Source of the DNA: Octopus sinensis
Taxonomy: Eukaryota
Assembly (NCBI RefSeq): GCF_006345805.1
Contig: NC_043002.1
Location: forward strand, 21,824,001 to 21,888,000
Reading direction: 5' to 3'
DNA: 64,000 bases
Positions 35,845-47,910 of the stretch are shown in pieces. Within the stretch, counting starts at the first letter, position 1. Each line of letters opens with the position of its first letter. Under the pieces are notes generated by a model, which saw only the letters and a program-made list of their open reading frames with translations, ran no database searches and was not told the origin of the DNA. A program made the position numbers and the translations under genes.

Positions 35845-36080
35845 GTCCTTCAGGTGCTGGTGCCACTTAATAAAGCACCTGTGCTGGTGGCACATAAAAA
35901 GCACCCTTCACACTCTGCTAAGTGGTTGGTGTAAGGAAGGGCATCCAGCCATAGAAACCATGCCACAACAAACAATTGGGGTGTGAACAGCTCCCAGCTG
36001 GCCAGCTCTGTGTCAAACTGTTCAACCCATGCCAGCATGGAAAGAGGATGCTACACGATGATGATGCTGACGGTGATGAT
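35845..36080 (+). mobile_element. RTE-LINE 3' tail
   Basis: GGAAGGGCATCCAGCC...CAACCCATGCCAGCATGGAAAG...(GAT)n. Confidence 0.85.
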
Positions 36081-36410
36081 AAGTATAAATTATTAATTCC
36101 TACATACATTTCACCATTATAGCAGTTATTTGGAACTCAAAATTGGATGTGCCAAATCATTCAGATGCCTAACTGTAAGGGATCATTAGGGGAAGAGATC
36201 AAATACCTGATGTTAGGCACATAACAAGGCACTTTAAAAGTCCATATATGATGAGTTTCATAGTGATATGTTTAACAGTGAAGGGATCCCTTAGTATTCT
36301 ATAGTTAAGGATAAGACAATCTCTCATATGCTGGTGCCATGAAAAAATGCAGCCAGTAGACTCTGTAAAGGGGTTGGTGCTAAAAAGGCACCCATGCTAT
36401 AGAAATCAAC

Positions 36411-39400
36411 CATCATCATCATCATCATCATCATCATCGTTTAGTGTCCGTTTTCCATGCTAGCATGGGTTGGACGGTTCTACTGGGGTCTGTGAAGCCA
36501 GAAGGCTTCATCAGGCCCAGTCAAATCTGGCAGTGTTTCTACGGCTGGATGCCCTTCCTAACGCCAACCACTCCGTGAGTGTAGTGGGTGCTTTTTACGT
36601 GCCACCCGCACAGGTGCCAGACAGAGCTGGCAAACGGCCACGAACGGATGGTGCTTTTTATGTGCCACCGGCACGAGGGCCAGGCGAGGCTGGCAACGGA
36701 CATGAAACGGTGCGGTGCTGGCAACGGTCGCGAAACGGGAGGTTCTCTTACATGCCACCGGCACTGGTAACACATCTGCAATTTCCATTGATCGATTTCG
36801 ATTCTGATCCTCACTTGCCTCAACGGGTCTTCACAAGTAGAGTTTCGACATGCCACCGGCACTGGTAACACATCTGCAATTTCCATTGATCGATTTCGAT
36901 TCTGATCCTCACTTGCCTCAACAGGTCTTCACAAGTAGAGTTTTGTGTCCCAAGAAGGGAAGGTATGCATACGTAGGCTGGTTCCATCCCATGTAGAAGG
37001 CCACGGGTTATGGACTCACTTGTCCTGCCGGGTCTTCTCGCGCACAGCACACTTCCAGAGGTCTCGGTCTCTAGTCATTTCCTCAGTGAGACCTAAAGTT
37101 CGAAGGTCGTGCTTCACCACCTCGTCCCAGGTTTTCCTGGGTCTGCCTCTTCCACAGGTTCCCTCAACTGCTAGGGTGTGGCACTTTTTCACACAACTAT
37201 CTTCATCCATTCTCGCCACATGACCATACCAGCGCAAACATCTCTCTTGCACACCACAACTGATGCTTCTTAGGTCCAGCTTTTCTCTCAAGGTACTTAC
37301 ACTCTGCCGAGTATGAGTACTGACATTACACATCCATCGGAGCATACTGGCTTCATTTCTTGCGAGCTTACGCATATCCTAAGCAGTCACGGCCCATGTT
37401 TCACTGCCATGTAGCATGGCTGTTCGTACACACGCATCATACAGTCTGCCTTTCACTCTGTGCGAGAGGCCTTTTGTCACCAGCAGAGGTAAGAGCTCTC
37501 TGAACTTTGCCCAAGCTATTCTTACTCTAGCAGTTACACTTTCAGCACACCCGCCCCCGCTGCTGACTTGGTCACCTAGGTAACGGAAACTATCAACTAT
37601 TTCTAGTTTTTCTCCCTGGAAAGTGACGGAAGTTGGTCTCAGAGCATTTTCAGTGTTTATTGTTCCTGAGCATCTGCCACATACAAAAACCATCTTCCTA
37701 GTTAGCCTTCCTTTGACATTGCTGCACCTCTTATGTGTCCATAGCTTATACTTGGTGCATCTTATAGAGTTTCTACCTACACCTTTTCTACAGATCGAGC
37801 AGGGCCATCTACCTGAAGGCGTTTGTGATTTGTCTACCTTCTTACTGATTACAACTTTGGTTTTAGCTAGATTGACTCTGAGGCCCTTCGATTCTAATCC
37901 TTGTTTCCACACCTGAAACTTCTCCTCCAGTTCTGATAGCGACTCAGCAATTAGAGCAAGGTCATCAGCATAGAGGAGCTCCCAAGGGCATCCTGTCTTG
38001 AATTCCTCCGTTATTGCCTGGAGGACTATGATAAATAGGAGGGGGCTGAGTACTGAGCCTTGGTGGACCCGTACCTCTACCCAGAATTCTTCACTGTACT
38101 CGTTTCCAACCCTCACCCTACTAGCAGCGTCCCTATACATGGCCCGCACAGCTCTCACTAACCATTCATCTATCCCTAGTTTCCTCATTGCCCACCAGAT
38201 AAGGGATCGGGGGGACCCTGTCGAAGGCGTTCTCCATGTCAACAAAAGCCAGGTACAGGGGCTTATCTTTGGCTAGGTATTTCTCCTGCAGCTGCCTTAC
38301 CAGGAATATAGCATCAGTAGTACTTTTCCCTGGCACAAACCCAAACTGCATCTCATCTAAACTAACTCTCTCTCTAATTAGTTGGGCTATGACCCTCTCC
38401 GTAACCTTCATCACCTGATCCAACAGCTTGATACCTCTGTAGTTATTTGTATCTAGGGCGTCACCTTTACCTTTGTAGCAGTTGACTATTATGCTGCTAC
38501 ACCAGTCATTGGGTATGACTCCTTTGTGTATCACCTGATTAACTATACGGGTGACTAGGCTATAGCCGACACTACCAGACATTTTGAGCATCTCTGCAGT
38601 GATTCCTGATGGGCCTGGGGCTTTCCCTGTCTTCATGCTTCTAATTGCCTTAGCTACCACGGAACTATCAACTCGGATAGCTGGTCCCTCTGTTGGGTCA
38701 ACATTCGGCAGACTCTCTTTATCCCATTCATTTTCTTTATTCAGCAACCTTTCATAGTGGCATCTCCAAACCTCTCTCTTTGCATCCTCATTTAGCGCAA
38801 GTGAACCATCTTCCATGCGAACACACTTCTCTCCCACCACATCACAATTCTCTCTCACACACTGTCTTGCAGCACGAAACACCTCCAGTCTTTGGTCCTC
38901 ACGGTGCAGAACATTGGCAAATTTTTTCTTATCTGCTTCCCCTCTGGCTAAATAAACCTGTCTCCTAGCTTCTCTTTTGGCAGTCTGATACAATTCCCTG
39001 CTACCCCCATTTTTCCAGACCTTCCAAGCCTGTCTCTTTTCTCTAATAGCCCTGTCTACAATATTGTTCCACCACCACGTTATTCTAGGTCGAGAGGGGA
39101 CTTTGCACCAGCCACAGATCTGGTCAGTGGCTCTCAGCAGGTTGGCCTTAGAAACGTCCAGCTGTCTTCTACCCCCGTGATACTCTATCCCCTTCTACTT
39201 CGTCAGAGGCTTCAAGTAATATGTCCCTAAATCTCTGTCCATTTGCAGGATCTTTAAGCTTCCAGATCCTTCTTCTCCATATTGGTCGTCTTCTGGTTGT
39301 CCTCCTAGTCCTGATCCTAAAGTCACTAACTACCAGTCTATGTTGTGGGGTACATTCTTCACCTGGGAAGGTTTTGGCATTTATAAGCAGCAATCTCTCC

Positions 39401-39987
39401 CTTTGCCTTGCAAGGATGTAGTCAATTTGGCTGGTATGTTGGCCCGATCGGTAAGTGACTAGGTGGCTGGTAGGTTTCCTGAAGTTAGTGTTGCAAATCA
39501 TAAGATTATTTGCATCGCAGAACTCCAGCAGCCTGGTTCCCTCCTCGTTGCGGGAGCCATAGCCATAGCCTCCATGTACGCCATGGAAGCCCCCAGCATG
39601 TCGTCCAACGTGACCATTAAAGTCACCAGCCACAAAGATAAGGTCTCTGTCGTTCGTCAACGAGGTAGTCTGCAGTAGAGTGTCATAGAATCGGTCTTTC
39701 TGTCCATCAGGTAGCCCCGACTGAGGAGCATAGGCTGATATAATGGTTGCTAAACTATGATGAAGCACTAATCTAATCTTAAGTATTCTGTCACATACTC
39801 TGATTACCTCAATTACTTTATCTACCCATTTCTCAGTGATAAGTATACCCACGCCACCAACCCCGTCAGTGTTCCCTGCCCAGAAAATCTTGTACCTGCG
39901 TTCCTTGCCTGTGAGGAACCTAGCTGATCCTCCTCTCCACCTTATTTCTTGCATGCAACATATATCCACACATCTCCGTTCAAGCGG
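36411..39987 (-). mobile_element. Near full-length, 5'-truncated RTE-type LINE (APE endonuclease + RT); inactive
   Basis: APE motifs DICCMQE, SAYAPQ, AGDFNGHVG, SQIDYIL; RT motifs KAPGPSG, NYRGIKLL, QFGFVPG, AFVDMENAFDRV, HQGSVLSPLLF, YADD; at least two frameshifts and one in-frame stop (~37378); (GAT)n tail. Confidence 0.95.
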
Positions 39988-40004
39988 AAATTAAACAAAC
40001 AAGG

Positions 40005-41230
40005 AAGGCCCTGCTTGATCTGTAAAAAAGGCGTAGGTAGAAACTCCATAAGATGTACCTGGTGTAAGCTATGGAAACATAAAAGGTGCAGCAATGTCAA
40101 AGGAAGGTTAACTGGAAAGGTAATTTTTGTGTGTGGCAGATGCACAGGGACAATAAACACTGAAGATGTACAGGAAATGGATTCCATAACATGCCAGGGG
40201 AAAAAACTAGAAATAGTTGTTAGCTTCCGCTACCTAGGTGGCCAAGTCTGTAGTGAGGGTGGATGCTCTGAGAGTGTAGCTGCTAGAATAAGAATAGCCT
40301 AGGCAAAGTTCAGAGAGCTCCTGCCTCTGCTGGCAACTAATGGCCTTTCGCTCAGAGTGAAAGGTAGACTGTATGATGCATGTGTGCAAACTGCCATGCT
40401 ACATAGGCCAGGACTGCTGAGGACATGCATAGGCTTGAAAGAAATGAAACTAGTATGACCTGCTGGATGTGTAATGTCAGTGTGCAGTGTACATAACAGA
40501 ATGTAAATGTTCTGAGAGAAAAGTTGGACATAAGAAGAAATGTGGGGTACAAGGGAGACTGCGCTGATATGGCCATGTGTTATGTATGGATGAGGGCAGC
40601 TGTGTGATAAAGAGCCACACCGTAACAGTAGAAAGAACCTGTAGAAGAGGTAGATCCAGGAAATCATGGGATGAGGTGGTGAAGGATGACCTTTGAATGT
40701 TGGGCTTCACAGGGGCAATGACAAAAGACCAAAACCTTTGGAGATATGCAAGTAAAGTGAGATCATAGCCATGGCCGATGCTAGTGTTGCATGATCGGTC
40801 CATTTAAGTGGTGAGTGATATGATATGCTTGAGAAGATCTGTTGAATCAAGTAAAATTGAAATTGTAGCCATGGCTAGTGCTGCCTGACTGGCCTCCATG
40901 CCGATGGCATGTAAAATGCACCATCCGAATGTGGTCAATACCAGTGCTGACTGGCTCCTGTGCCGGTGACATTTAAAATGCACCATCCAAACGTAGTCAA
41001 TGCCAGTGCCCCCTGACTGGCTCCTGTGCTGGTGGCACATAAAAAGCACCCACTACACTCTTGGAGTGGTTGGCATTAGGAAGGGCATCCAGCTGTAGAA
41101 ACATTGCCAGATCAGATTGGAACCTAGTGCAGTCCACTGGCTTGCCAGACCTCAGTCAAACCATCCAACCCATGCCAGCACAGAAAGAGGACCTTAAACA
41201 ATGATGATTGATATGATGATGATGTGGAGG
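40005..41230 (+). mobile_element. Older 5'-truncated copy of the same RTE LINE group
   Basis: PCLICKKGVGRNSIRCTWCKLWKHKRC...FRYLG, then 3' UTR tandem units and (GAT)n tail. Confidence 0.92.
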
Positions 41231-41754
41231 AGGAGGAGGGGGATGCCAATGATAATGATGAAGATGATCATGATGTGTGTTTTTGATATAACCTTTCAAT
41301 ATCTCCAGTTGTATTCCCTGGCTAGACCAGGAACTGAACCAAAAATCTTTATTTTACCAACTATAACTGACATTTTAATCATTAGCCTATTATTCTGGAA
41401 AAATTATCATTTTAAGCAACAGGCAACAATAATCAAAACACCTAAGGTGTTCTGAATCAGGCCTAAGGTGGCAAAATAAAGAATTAATGTTCAATGCCAG
41501 GCCAATCAAAAGAATATCACCTGTAGACATCTAATTTAAGGAAAGCTTCCGAAAAAAAAAAAACATCAGCATTTAAATATGTTGACTGGTTGCTTAAGTT
41601 CAAAATGTCATTTGCAGTGTAGATGTAATTTTAAATAAATTGAGAATATATGTTTTATGGTGTGTGATATACATGTATTTGTCTATGTTATTCAAATACA
41701 TCCCACCGGCCAGTCTAAATTATTTCTCTTAGTTCAGTTTTGCTTGAATATGCT

Positions 41755-42010
41755 TGAGCCAAATAAAAAGCATCCAGTTCACACTGTGAAGTGGTTGGCA
41801 TTTGGAAGAGCACCCAGCTGTAAAATCCTTGCCAAAACTGATCACCTCACCTGTGCTGGTTCCACGTAAAAAGCACTCAGCCCACTCTGGTGGGGGTTGG
41901 TGTTAGGAAGGGCATCTTGCTGTAAACAACCATGCCAAAAATAGACAAAGTAGCCTGGGGTAGTCTTCTACCTGGCCAGCTCCTGTGTCAAACCACCCAA
42001 CCTATGCATG
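41755..42010 (+). mobile_element. Two RTE-LINE 3' tail fragments
   Basis: GTGGTTGGCATTTGGAAGAGCACCCAGCTGTAAAA and GGTGTTAGGAAGGGCATC...CAAACCACCCAACC. Confidence 0.7.
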
Positions 42011-42227
42011 ATTGGTTTCCATAATGGCATGTCAGCTTTAGAGAATTATTGATTCTTGACATTATCTCCCTGTCTTACATAGAGGTGTTCTGAAGTGCCA
42101 CCATTAGGTAATTGTGATACATCCTCAGGAGATGGAGATAATTTCAATAAACCAAAAAGTATGATGTAGAGTATTTGATGCACTCGGATCCGTCCGTCCA
42201 TCCATCCATCTATTTAAATAGAGAGAT

Positions 42228-42655
42228 AGGTGCAGGTGTGGCTGTGCAGTAAGAAGTTTGCTTTCAAACCACATAGTTCTGGGTTCAATCCCACAATGTG
42301 GTACCTAGACCAAGTGCCTTCTCCTATAGCCCCAGGCTGACTAAAGCCTTGGAAGTGGATTTGGTAGATGAAAACTGAAAAAAGCCTGTTGTGTATATAC
42401 ATGAATGTTTGAGTGTGTATGTGTTTGTGTCTCTTTGTTTTGACACTGTGTGATAGTTGTAAACGATTGTCCCTGCCATACAAGCAGTGTCATTCACTTC
42501 AAACATTCTGTGAGAAAATGTTTGTCCATGGGAAAATATTACCATACTTGGAAACAGATGAGGGTTGGTGACAAGAAGGGCATCAGACTGCCTCGTTAGA
42601 TTCTGTTTGATCCATGCAAGCATGAAAAAGTGGATATTAAGAGATGATGACGACA
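42228..42655 (+). mobile_element. SINE with family 2 head and RTE-LINE-like 3' tail
   Basis: Family 2 head and core, ending GAAGGGCATC...CCATGCAAGCATG.AAAAGTGGATATTAA..(GAT)n like the LINE. Confidence 0.75.
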
Positions 42656-43217
42656 ATACATATGCAAGAGGAAAAATTAACAATATGAACATTTTTTAAT
42701 TAACAATGAGTTTTATAATGTTCTATACATTCAGATATGCTTCATGCATAAATGGTTCATACATATAGATATGTTTTATAGATATAAATTGGTCAGGGGA
42801 GATATCACATTTGAGAGGAATTTTGTTCAAAGATTTTTTTCTTTCTCTTTCTTTGTTTGACATAAAATTTAAAATTTCTTTAACTGAAATATTTCTCAAA
42901 AACTAAAACTAGTGTGCAGTGGAGAAATCAGAAATTACAATTTGAATTATAATTGAAATCCAAAAGAAAAATTCTATAACTTGGTTTTGGTTTTTAATAT
43001 TCAATTTATAATCCTCCTTACTTATAGAATTTTTTCTTTGAATTTCAATTTTGATTTCAGACAATGGGGAGGGGGGGGGGGCTTAGTTCCAGTGATTCCC
43101 TCTATCTCGGATTTTGTTTTTATAAATTTGAAAATTTAGAGAGAAAAACAAAGAAAATATCTGTAAAAAATATTGAATCAAAATTCCACTTTTTCTTAGA
43201 ATTGGAAGTTTGGTTAA

Positions 43218-43443
43218 CCCTTTCGTTACTGCATTTATTTTGAGATGCTCTGTGTTTCTTTCAATTACTTTAAATATAAGAAAAAAATTAGTAAAATAAC
43301 TTAGTTATCATTCAGATAGTGTTAGGAACATAAATTGTGACTAAGGTTTGGTGGAAGATTTTAGTTCAGAACTTATGAAAATAAGAGATTTGAACTCAGA
43401 GCCAGAGCCAGAGCCAGTTTTGGCCGGGTTGGTAACGAAAGGG
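43218..43443. mobile_element. piggyBac-type MITE
   Basis: TTAA TSD on both sides; perfect 12-bp TIR CCCTTTCGTTAC / GTAACGAAAGGG. Confidence 0.88.
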
Positions 43444-43627
43444 TTAAATAATATACGTATGTTAAATGTCAGAGTAACAGATCAACAACTTAGTTAGATA
43501 TACTTATTCTCCCTTCTGGCTGTTGTGTACAAGCAGTCAGCCCCAAGAAAGAGCAGGTAGGGTTTGTTTTAATCTTTTTTTTTCTACATTTGTTGATTGG
43601 TCCTTAAATATTTAATATCACCAAATA

Positions 43628-44365
43628 CTACAGTTTATCTTCATCGTGTATTCGTTCATGGAATGCTAAAACATTTTTGTGTGAGAATGTCTTATCACAG
43701 ATTTGGCATTGGTAAGGTTTATTGTTGATATGAATCCATCTGTGCTCAATTAAGCTACTCTTACGGGAGAAAACTTTGCTGCAGTCTTTACAACTGAAAG
43801 ACTTCACCCCTGCATGCATCTTTCTATGCCGTGTTAGGTGACCATTCTGTGAGAAAGTTTTATCACAAATTTCACAGAAGTATGGCTTTTCCCCAGTGTG
43901 TATGCGTCTGTGACGGGACAAAGAGTTGTCAACTGAGAAGGATTTGCCACAGATTTCACATTGGTATGGTTTCTCGTGAGTGTGGATTCTCTTGTGTCGG
44001 ACCAAGTGGATGTTTTGTGAGAATGTCTTACCACAGATGTCACAGAAATATGGTTTCTCTCCGGTGTGAATGCGGCGGTGACGAAACAACGAACTGTTTA
44101 CAGAGAAATTCTTGCCACAAATCTCGCAGGGGTATGGTTTCTCACCTGTGTGAACCCGAACATGTTTAAACAGGTCGTTGTTTCGAGAAAAGGTCTTGCC
44201 ACAGATTTCACAATGGAACCACTTCTTCTTAGAAAGAATTGACTTTTCTTTTGATGCCAAACCATCTGAAGAGAATATTTCATGGTGTAATTTATTCTTG
44301 CCATTGTCTTCTTGTTTGGAATGCATTTTTTTGTATTTAAATTCAATTTTCTGACCATACAACAT
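43628..44365 (-). CDS. C2H2 zinc-finger protein, 7 tandem fingers (245 aa from first ATG)
   Basis: Seven C-x2-C-x12-H-x3-H fingers with TGEKPY-type linkers, no stops; plausible acceptor TTGTACAG|AGCCATG just upstream, so extra 5' exons are possible. Confidence 0.9.
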   Translation of the reverse strand: MLYGQKIEFKYKKMHSKQEDNGKNKLHHEIFSSDGLASKEKSILSKKKWFHCEICGKTFSRNNDLFKHVRVHTGEKPYPCEICGKNFSVNSSLFRHRRIHTGEKPYFCDICGKTFSQNIHLVRHKRIHTHEKPYQCEICGKSFSVDNSLSRHRRIHTGEKPYFCEICDKTFSQNGHLTRHRKMHAGVKSFSCKDCSKVFSRKSSLIEHRWIHINNKPYQCQICDKTFSHKNVLAFHERIHDEDKL

Positions 44366-45183
44366 GGCTCTGTACAACACAATGTCTTTCTATGAATTTT
44401 TTTTAACAAATAGGAAAAAATAAGTAACAGAGTATTGTTATTTCTTCCTTATTTTTTTTAGATGAAGTGCAACAGTGAGCAAATTACAGGTGAATTTGGT
44501 GAAAACCTTTGATGTTATTTAAGGAAGGAAGAATCAAAAGCAAGAATAAATAGGGGTGTGAGTGTGTGTCTGCTTTAAACAGTAAATGATTGTGGCCTTA
44601 TGGTTAGGGTGTTGCACTAATGATTGCAAGATTGTGGTCTTGATTCCTGGACTGGGTAGTGTGTTGCTCCAGTGTCTGCTCAGTGTCTACTGGCATCCCA
44701 TTCGGAATGTTGTCATCTTGGTCATTAAAATATCATGGGAATTGGGTAAACTGGCCTTATGAGTTCCAGGACTCAAGACAATGCTCACTTTACTGCTTTA
44801 AATAGTTCATAAACTCTATCACTGAATTACAATTATATCAACACACAGACAAAGAGTGCACGTGTGAGTGTATATGTGTGTGCATTGTATTGGCTAACTC
44901 AGATTTGTTGTATAGCTTTCAAATAGACAAAACCCTTTCTCTCTTAATCCAACTCCTCACAGTTGTAGAATCTCTGGCTGAAATACCAGTATTTTAAAAT
45001 ATTAATGTCAGACAAAACCTGACCTTAAAAAGAAACTAGACAGACAAGACAGCAGAAGCATAAAGACAATAGATTATGTATCAAATATTGCTCACTAATT
45101 TGATTGGCTTTTGAGATGAAGAGCAGAAATCACAGATTAAGAGATATTTCATGTGAGATTTGAATTCATCATTTAAGCTGAAT

Positions 45184-45583
45184 GAGCAGGAATGGCTGGG
45201 TGGTAAGTAGCTTGCTTACCAACCACATGGTACTGGGTTCAGTCCCACTGCGTGGCACCTTGGGCAAGTGTCTTCTGCTACAACCTCGGGCTGACCAAAG
45301 CCTTGTGAGTGGATTTGGTAGACGGAAACTGAAAGAAGCCCGTCGTATATATGTATATATATGTGTATGTGTGTGTATATGTTTGTGTGTCTGTGTTTGT
45401 CCCCCCAGCATTGCTTGACAACCAATGCTGGTGTGTTTATGTTCCCGTAACTTAGCAGTTCGGCAAAAGAGATCGAGAGAATGAGTACTAAGCTTACAAA
45501 GAATAAGTCCTGGGTTGATTTGCTCGACTAAAGGCAGTGCTCCAGCATGGCTGCAGTCAAATGACTGAAACAAATAAAAGAGT
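45184..45583 (+). mobile_element. SINE family 2, full length (possibly OR1/OR2-type octopus SINE)
   Basis: tRNA-like head, B box GGTTCAGTCCC, GGCACCTTGGGCAAGT core, internal (TA)(TG) run. The family name is from memory. Confidence 0.9.
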
Positions 45584-46003
45584 AACTGGAGATCAACAGG
45601 AAAGGGAATGAAATATCTGAGTGCAAAGAATAAGAAACCACTGTTGTGATGTCTAAAGTTTGAAAATGAAGTGGTCAGGAGGAAAAGTGGGTAAGAACTG
45701 TAATGTGATGGAGGTTAGGGTCACAATTAGTTTAACAAACCCCAACTAAAATTGAAGCATTTAAATTAAGTGAGCCATCTGCTTTTCAGTTGCATGATGC
45801 AACACAATGATAGGTTGAAGGGAAGCTTCACAACAATAAAAAGTGTCACAATCAGCTGAGGTGAGAAGGTGTCAAATTAGTGAGTGAAGAGTTGAGAGTT
45901 GGTATCCCATTGCCAGAAAAGCTGTGTCCATGTTATGGAAAATAGCATGGAGAACGGACGTTAAACGATGATGATGTATAAACATGTATCATTGATAAGA
46001 ACA

Positions 46004-46265
46004 TTGCAGTAAGTAGTAGGAGCACAGTATCATTAACAAGTGTTTTCTTAGCTTGCAGAGCTGAGGTGTACAATTGGCGCATGGATATGAACAAATCATT
46101 GCAGTAGGTGCTGGCAGTGTAACATCATTAACAAGTGTTTTGTTAGCCCACAGAGCTGTACAGAATATGATTTAGCTGAAGCATGAGTAGGAACAAGTCA
46201 CTGCAGTAGGGAGCAGGAGCATAGAGTCATTAACAGGTGTTTTGTTAGCTCAGAAAGCTGTGAAT
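46004..46265. repeat. Three diverged ~95-102-bp tandem units
   Basis: Core TCATTAACA(A/G)GTGTTTT(C/G)TTAGC at 46030, 46125 and 46227. Confidence 0.75.
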
Positions 46266-47051
46266 TTGAGCCATGACTGAAACCCTCATTACCTTCTAAC
46301 ACCCAAAATATCATCACTGTTCAATCAGAGAAGATATGAAATAAATGATAGGAGATTCTAGAAAGTGTAATCTTTCCAGTTTCTATTCATTTTTTGTTTA
46401 TGTCTTCTGTTGTAGGTACACTGGTCAGGAAATATTCTTCAGTATTCATAACTTAGGCAACAACATATCTTCATCATTATCCTTATGTTCATGTTCATTT
46501 TCATCATCTTCATGATTATCAACTTTTCCATATTTTCATTTCTACAGGAGTTAAGTACTATTTCGTATTTTCTTTATAGTCTTTTATATTATTATTAGCT
46601 GAAAATACAGAACAAAAAAAAAAGAGATGAAATCAATTCTGAACAGAAAACAATATGAAGAAAAACAAACAAAAATCATTCATATTTAAGAACAGCAGCA
46701 CTTGTTTTTTAACCCTAGGTCAGCCTGATTAAAAAGCTCTATGATTAATGATCATCCCAGCTGTAATCATCCTGTCTCTTTATCAAGACTATATCACACA
46801 AAATGGGCCCCATTTTTCTTTAAAACAAAGTCTAATTTGAGGGAGATTCGACAGCTTTTTCTTGTAGTGAGTTTGACGTGGTGCAACACCACTGCATTTA
46901 TATCTCTTTATAGTTCTTTTCTAAAACTGTCATTGAGCTAATAGGTCTATTGACCACATACTGGATCCACGACACACTAGTCACAGATCCAGTAATTGGT
47001 CAATAGATATCTATAAGACATAGCAGTTAAATTACCCTCACATAAAATCAT

Positions 47052-47352
47052 TGTTTGTTCCTTCTTGAGCCATGCCTGGCCCATAGGGCCGGTTTCCTGG
47101 TTTCCTCGGCGTATAGGTTCCCCACCTGGATGGGATGCCGGTCCATTGCAGGTGAGCTGCAAGATGCAGGAAGAAAGAGTGAGAGAAAGTTGTGGTGAAA
47201 GAGTCAGCAGAAATTTGCCATTACCTTCTGCTGGAGCCACATGGAGCTTAGGTGTTTCGCTCAAAAACACACACTTCGCCCGATCTGAGATTCGAACCTG
47301 CGATCCCTCGACCGCGAGTCTGCTGCTCTAACCACTAGGCCATGTGCCTCCA
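47052..47352 (-). mobile_element. tRNA-derived SINE (family 3 group) with 13-bp TSD
   Basis: A box TGGCCTAGTGG, B box GGTTCGAATC; CACATAAAATCAT at 47039-47051 and 47353-47365. Confidence 0.92.
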
Positions 47353-47688
47353 CACATAAAATCATACCATCTTATTAAAAGAAGGAAACAATATAATGTA
47401 GCTTGTGCATAGCTTGCAGATACACTAAGTATGAAAAATAAAAGTGTGATGGTCATAGCTGGAATACATTTGATCATGTCTACTTGACTGGGCGTGGTTT
47501 GTGGTTAAACAACAATTATATTTACTTCCAACTTTGGTACAAGGCTACAAATTAGTAACAAAAAATGACTGGTACTTAATGTATCAATCACCACTAGTCA
47601 CCACTAATAAGAGAGCCTTTGTGTGTTGTCACTTGACAGCTAGAAATAGAAACCAAATTTCTATAGAAATAGAAATCAAAGGCAGCGA

Positions 47689-47910
47689 GCAGGCAGAAAT
47701 GTTAGCATGCCAGGTGAAATGCTTAGCGGTATTTCGCCTGCTGCTATGTTCTGAGTTCAAATTCCGCCGAGATTGACTTTGCCTTTCATTCTTTTGGGGT
47801 CGATAAATTAAGTACCAGTTACGCACTGGGTTCGATGTAATTGACTTAATCCCTTTGTCTGTCCTTGTTTGTCCCCTCTATGTTTAGCCCCTTGTGGGCA
47901 ATAAAGAAAT
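47689..47910 (+). mobile_element. SINE family 1 monomer
   Basis: Complete head to tail; AGAAATAGAA(A/G)CCAAATTTC on both sides. Confidence 0.92.

Noticed and set aside
36411-39987. Active, retrotransposition-competent LINE
   Set aside because: It is 5'-truncated inside the endonuclease and carries frameshifts and an in-frame stop.
47270-47352. tRNA gene
   Set aside because: A and B boxes are present, but the sequence continues into a SINE body with tail and TSD, and I could not fold a complete cloverleaf.
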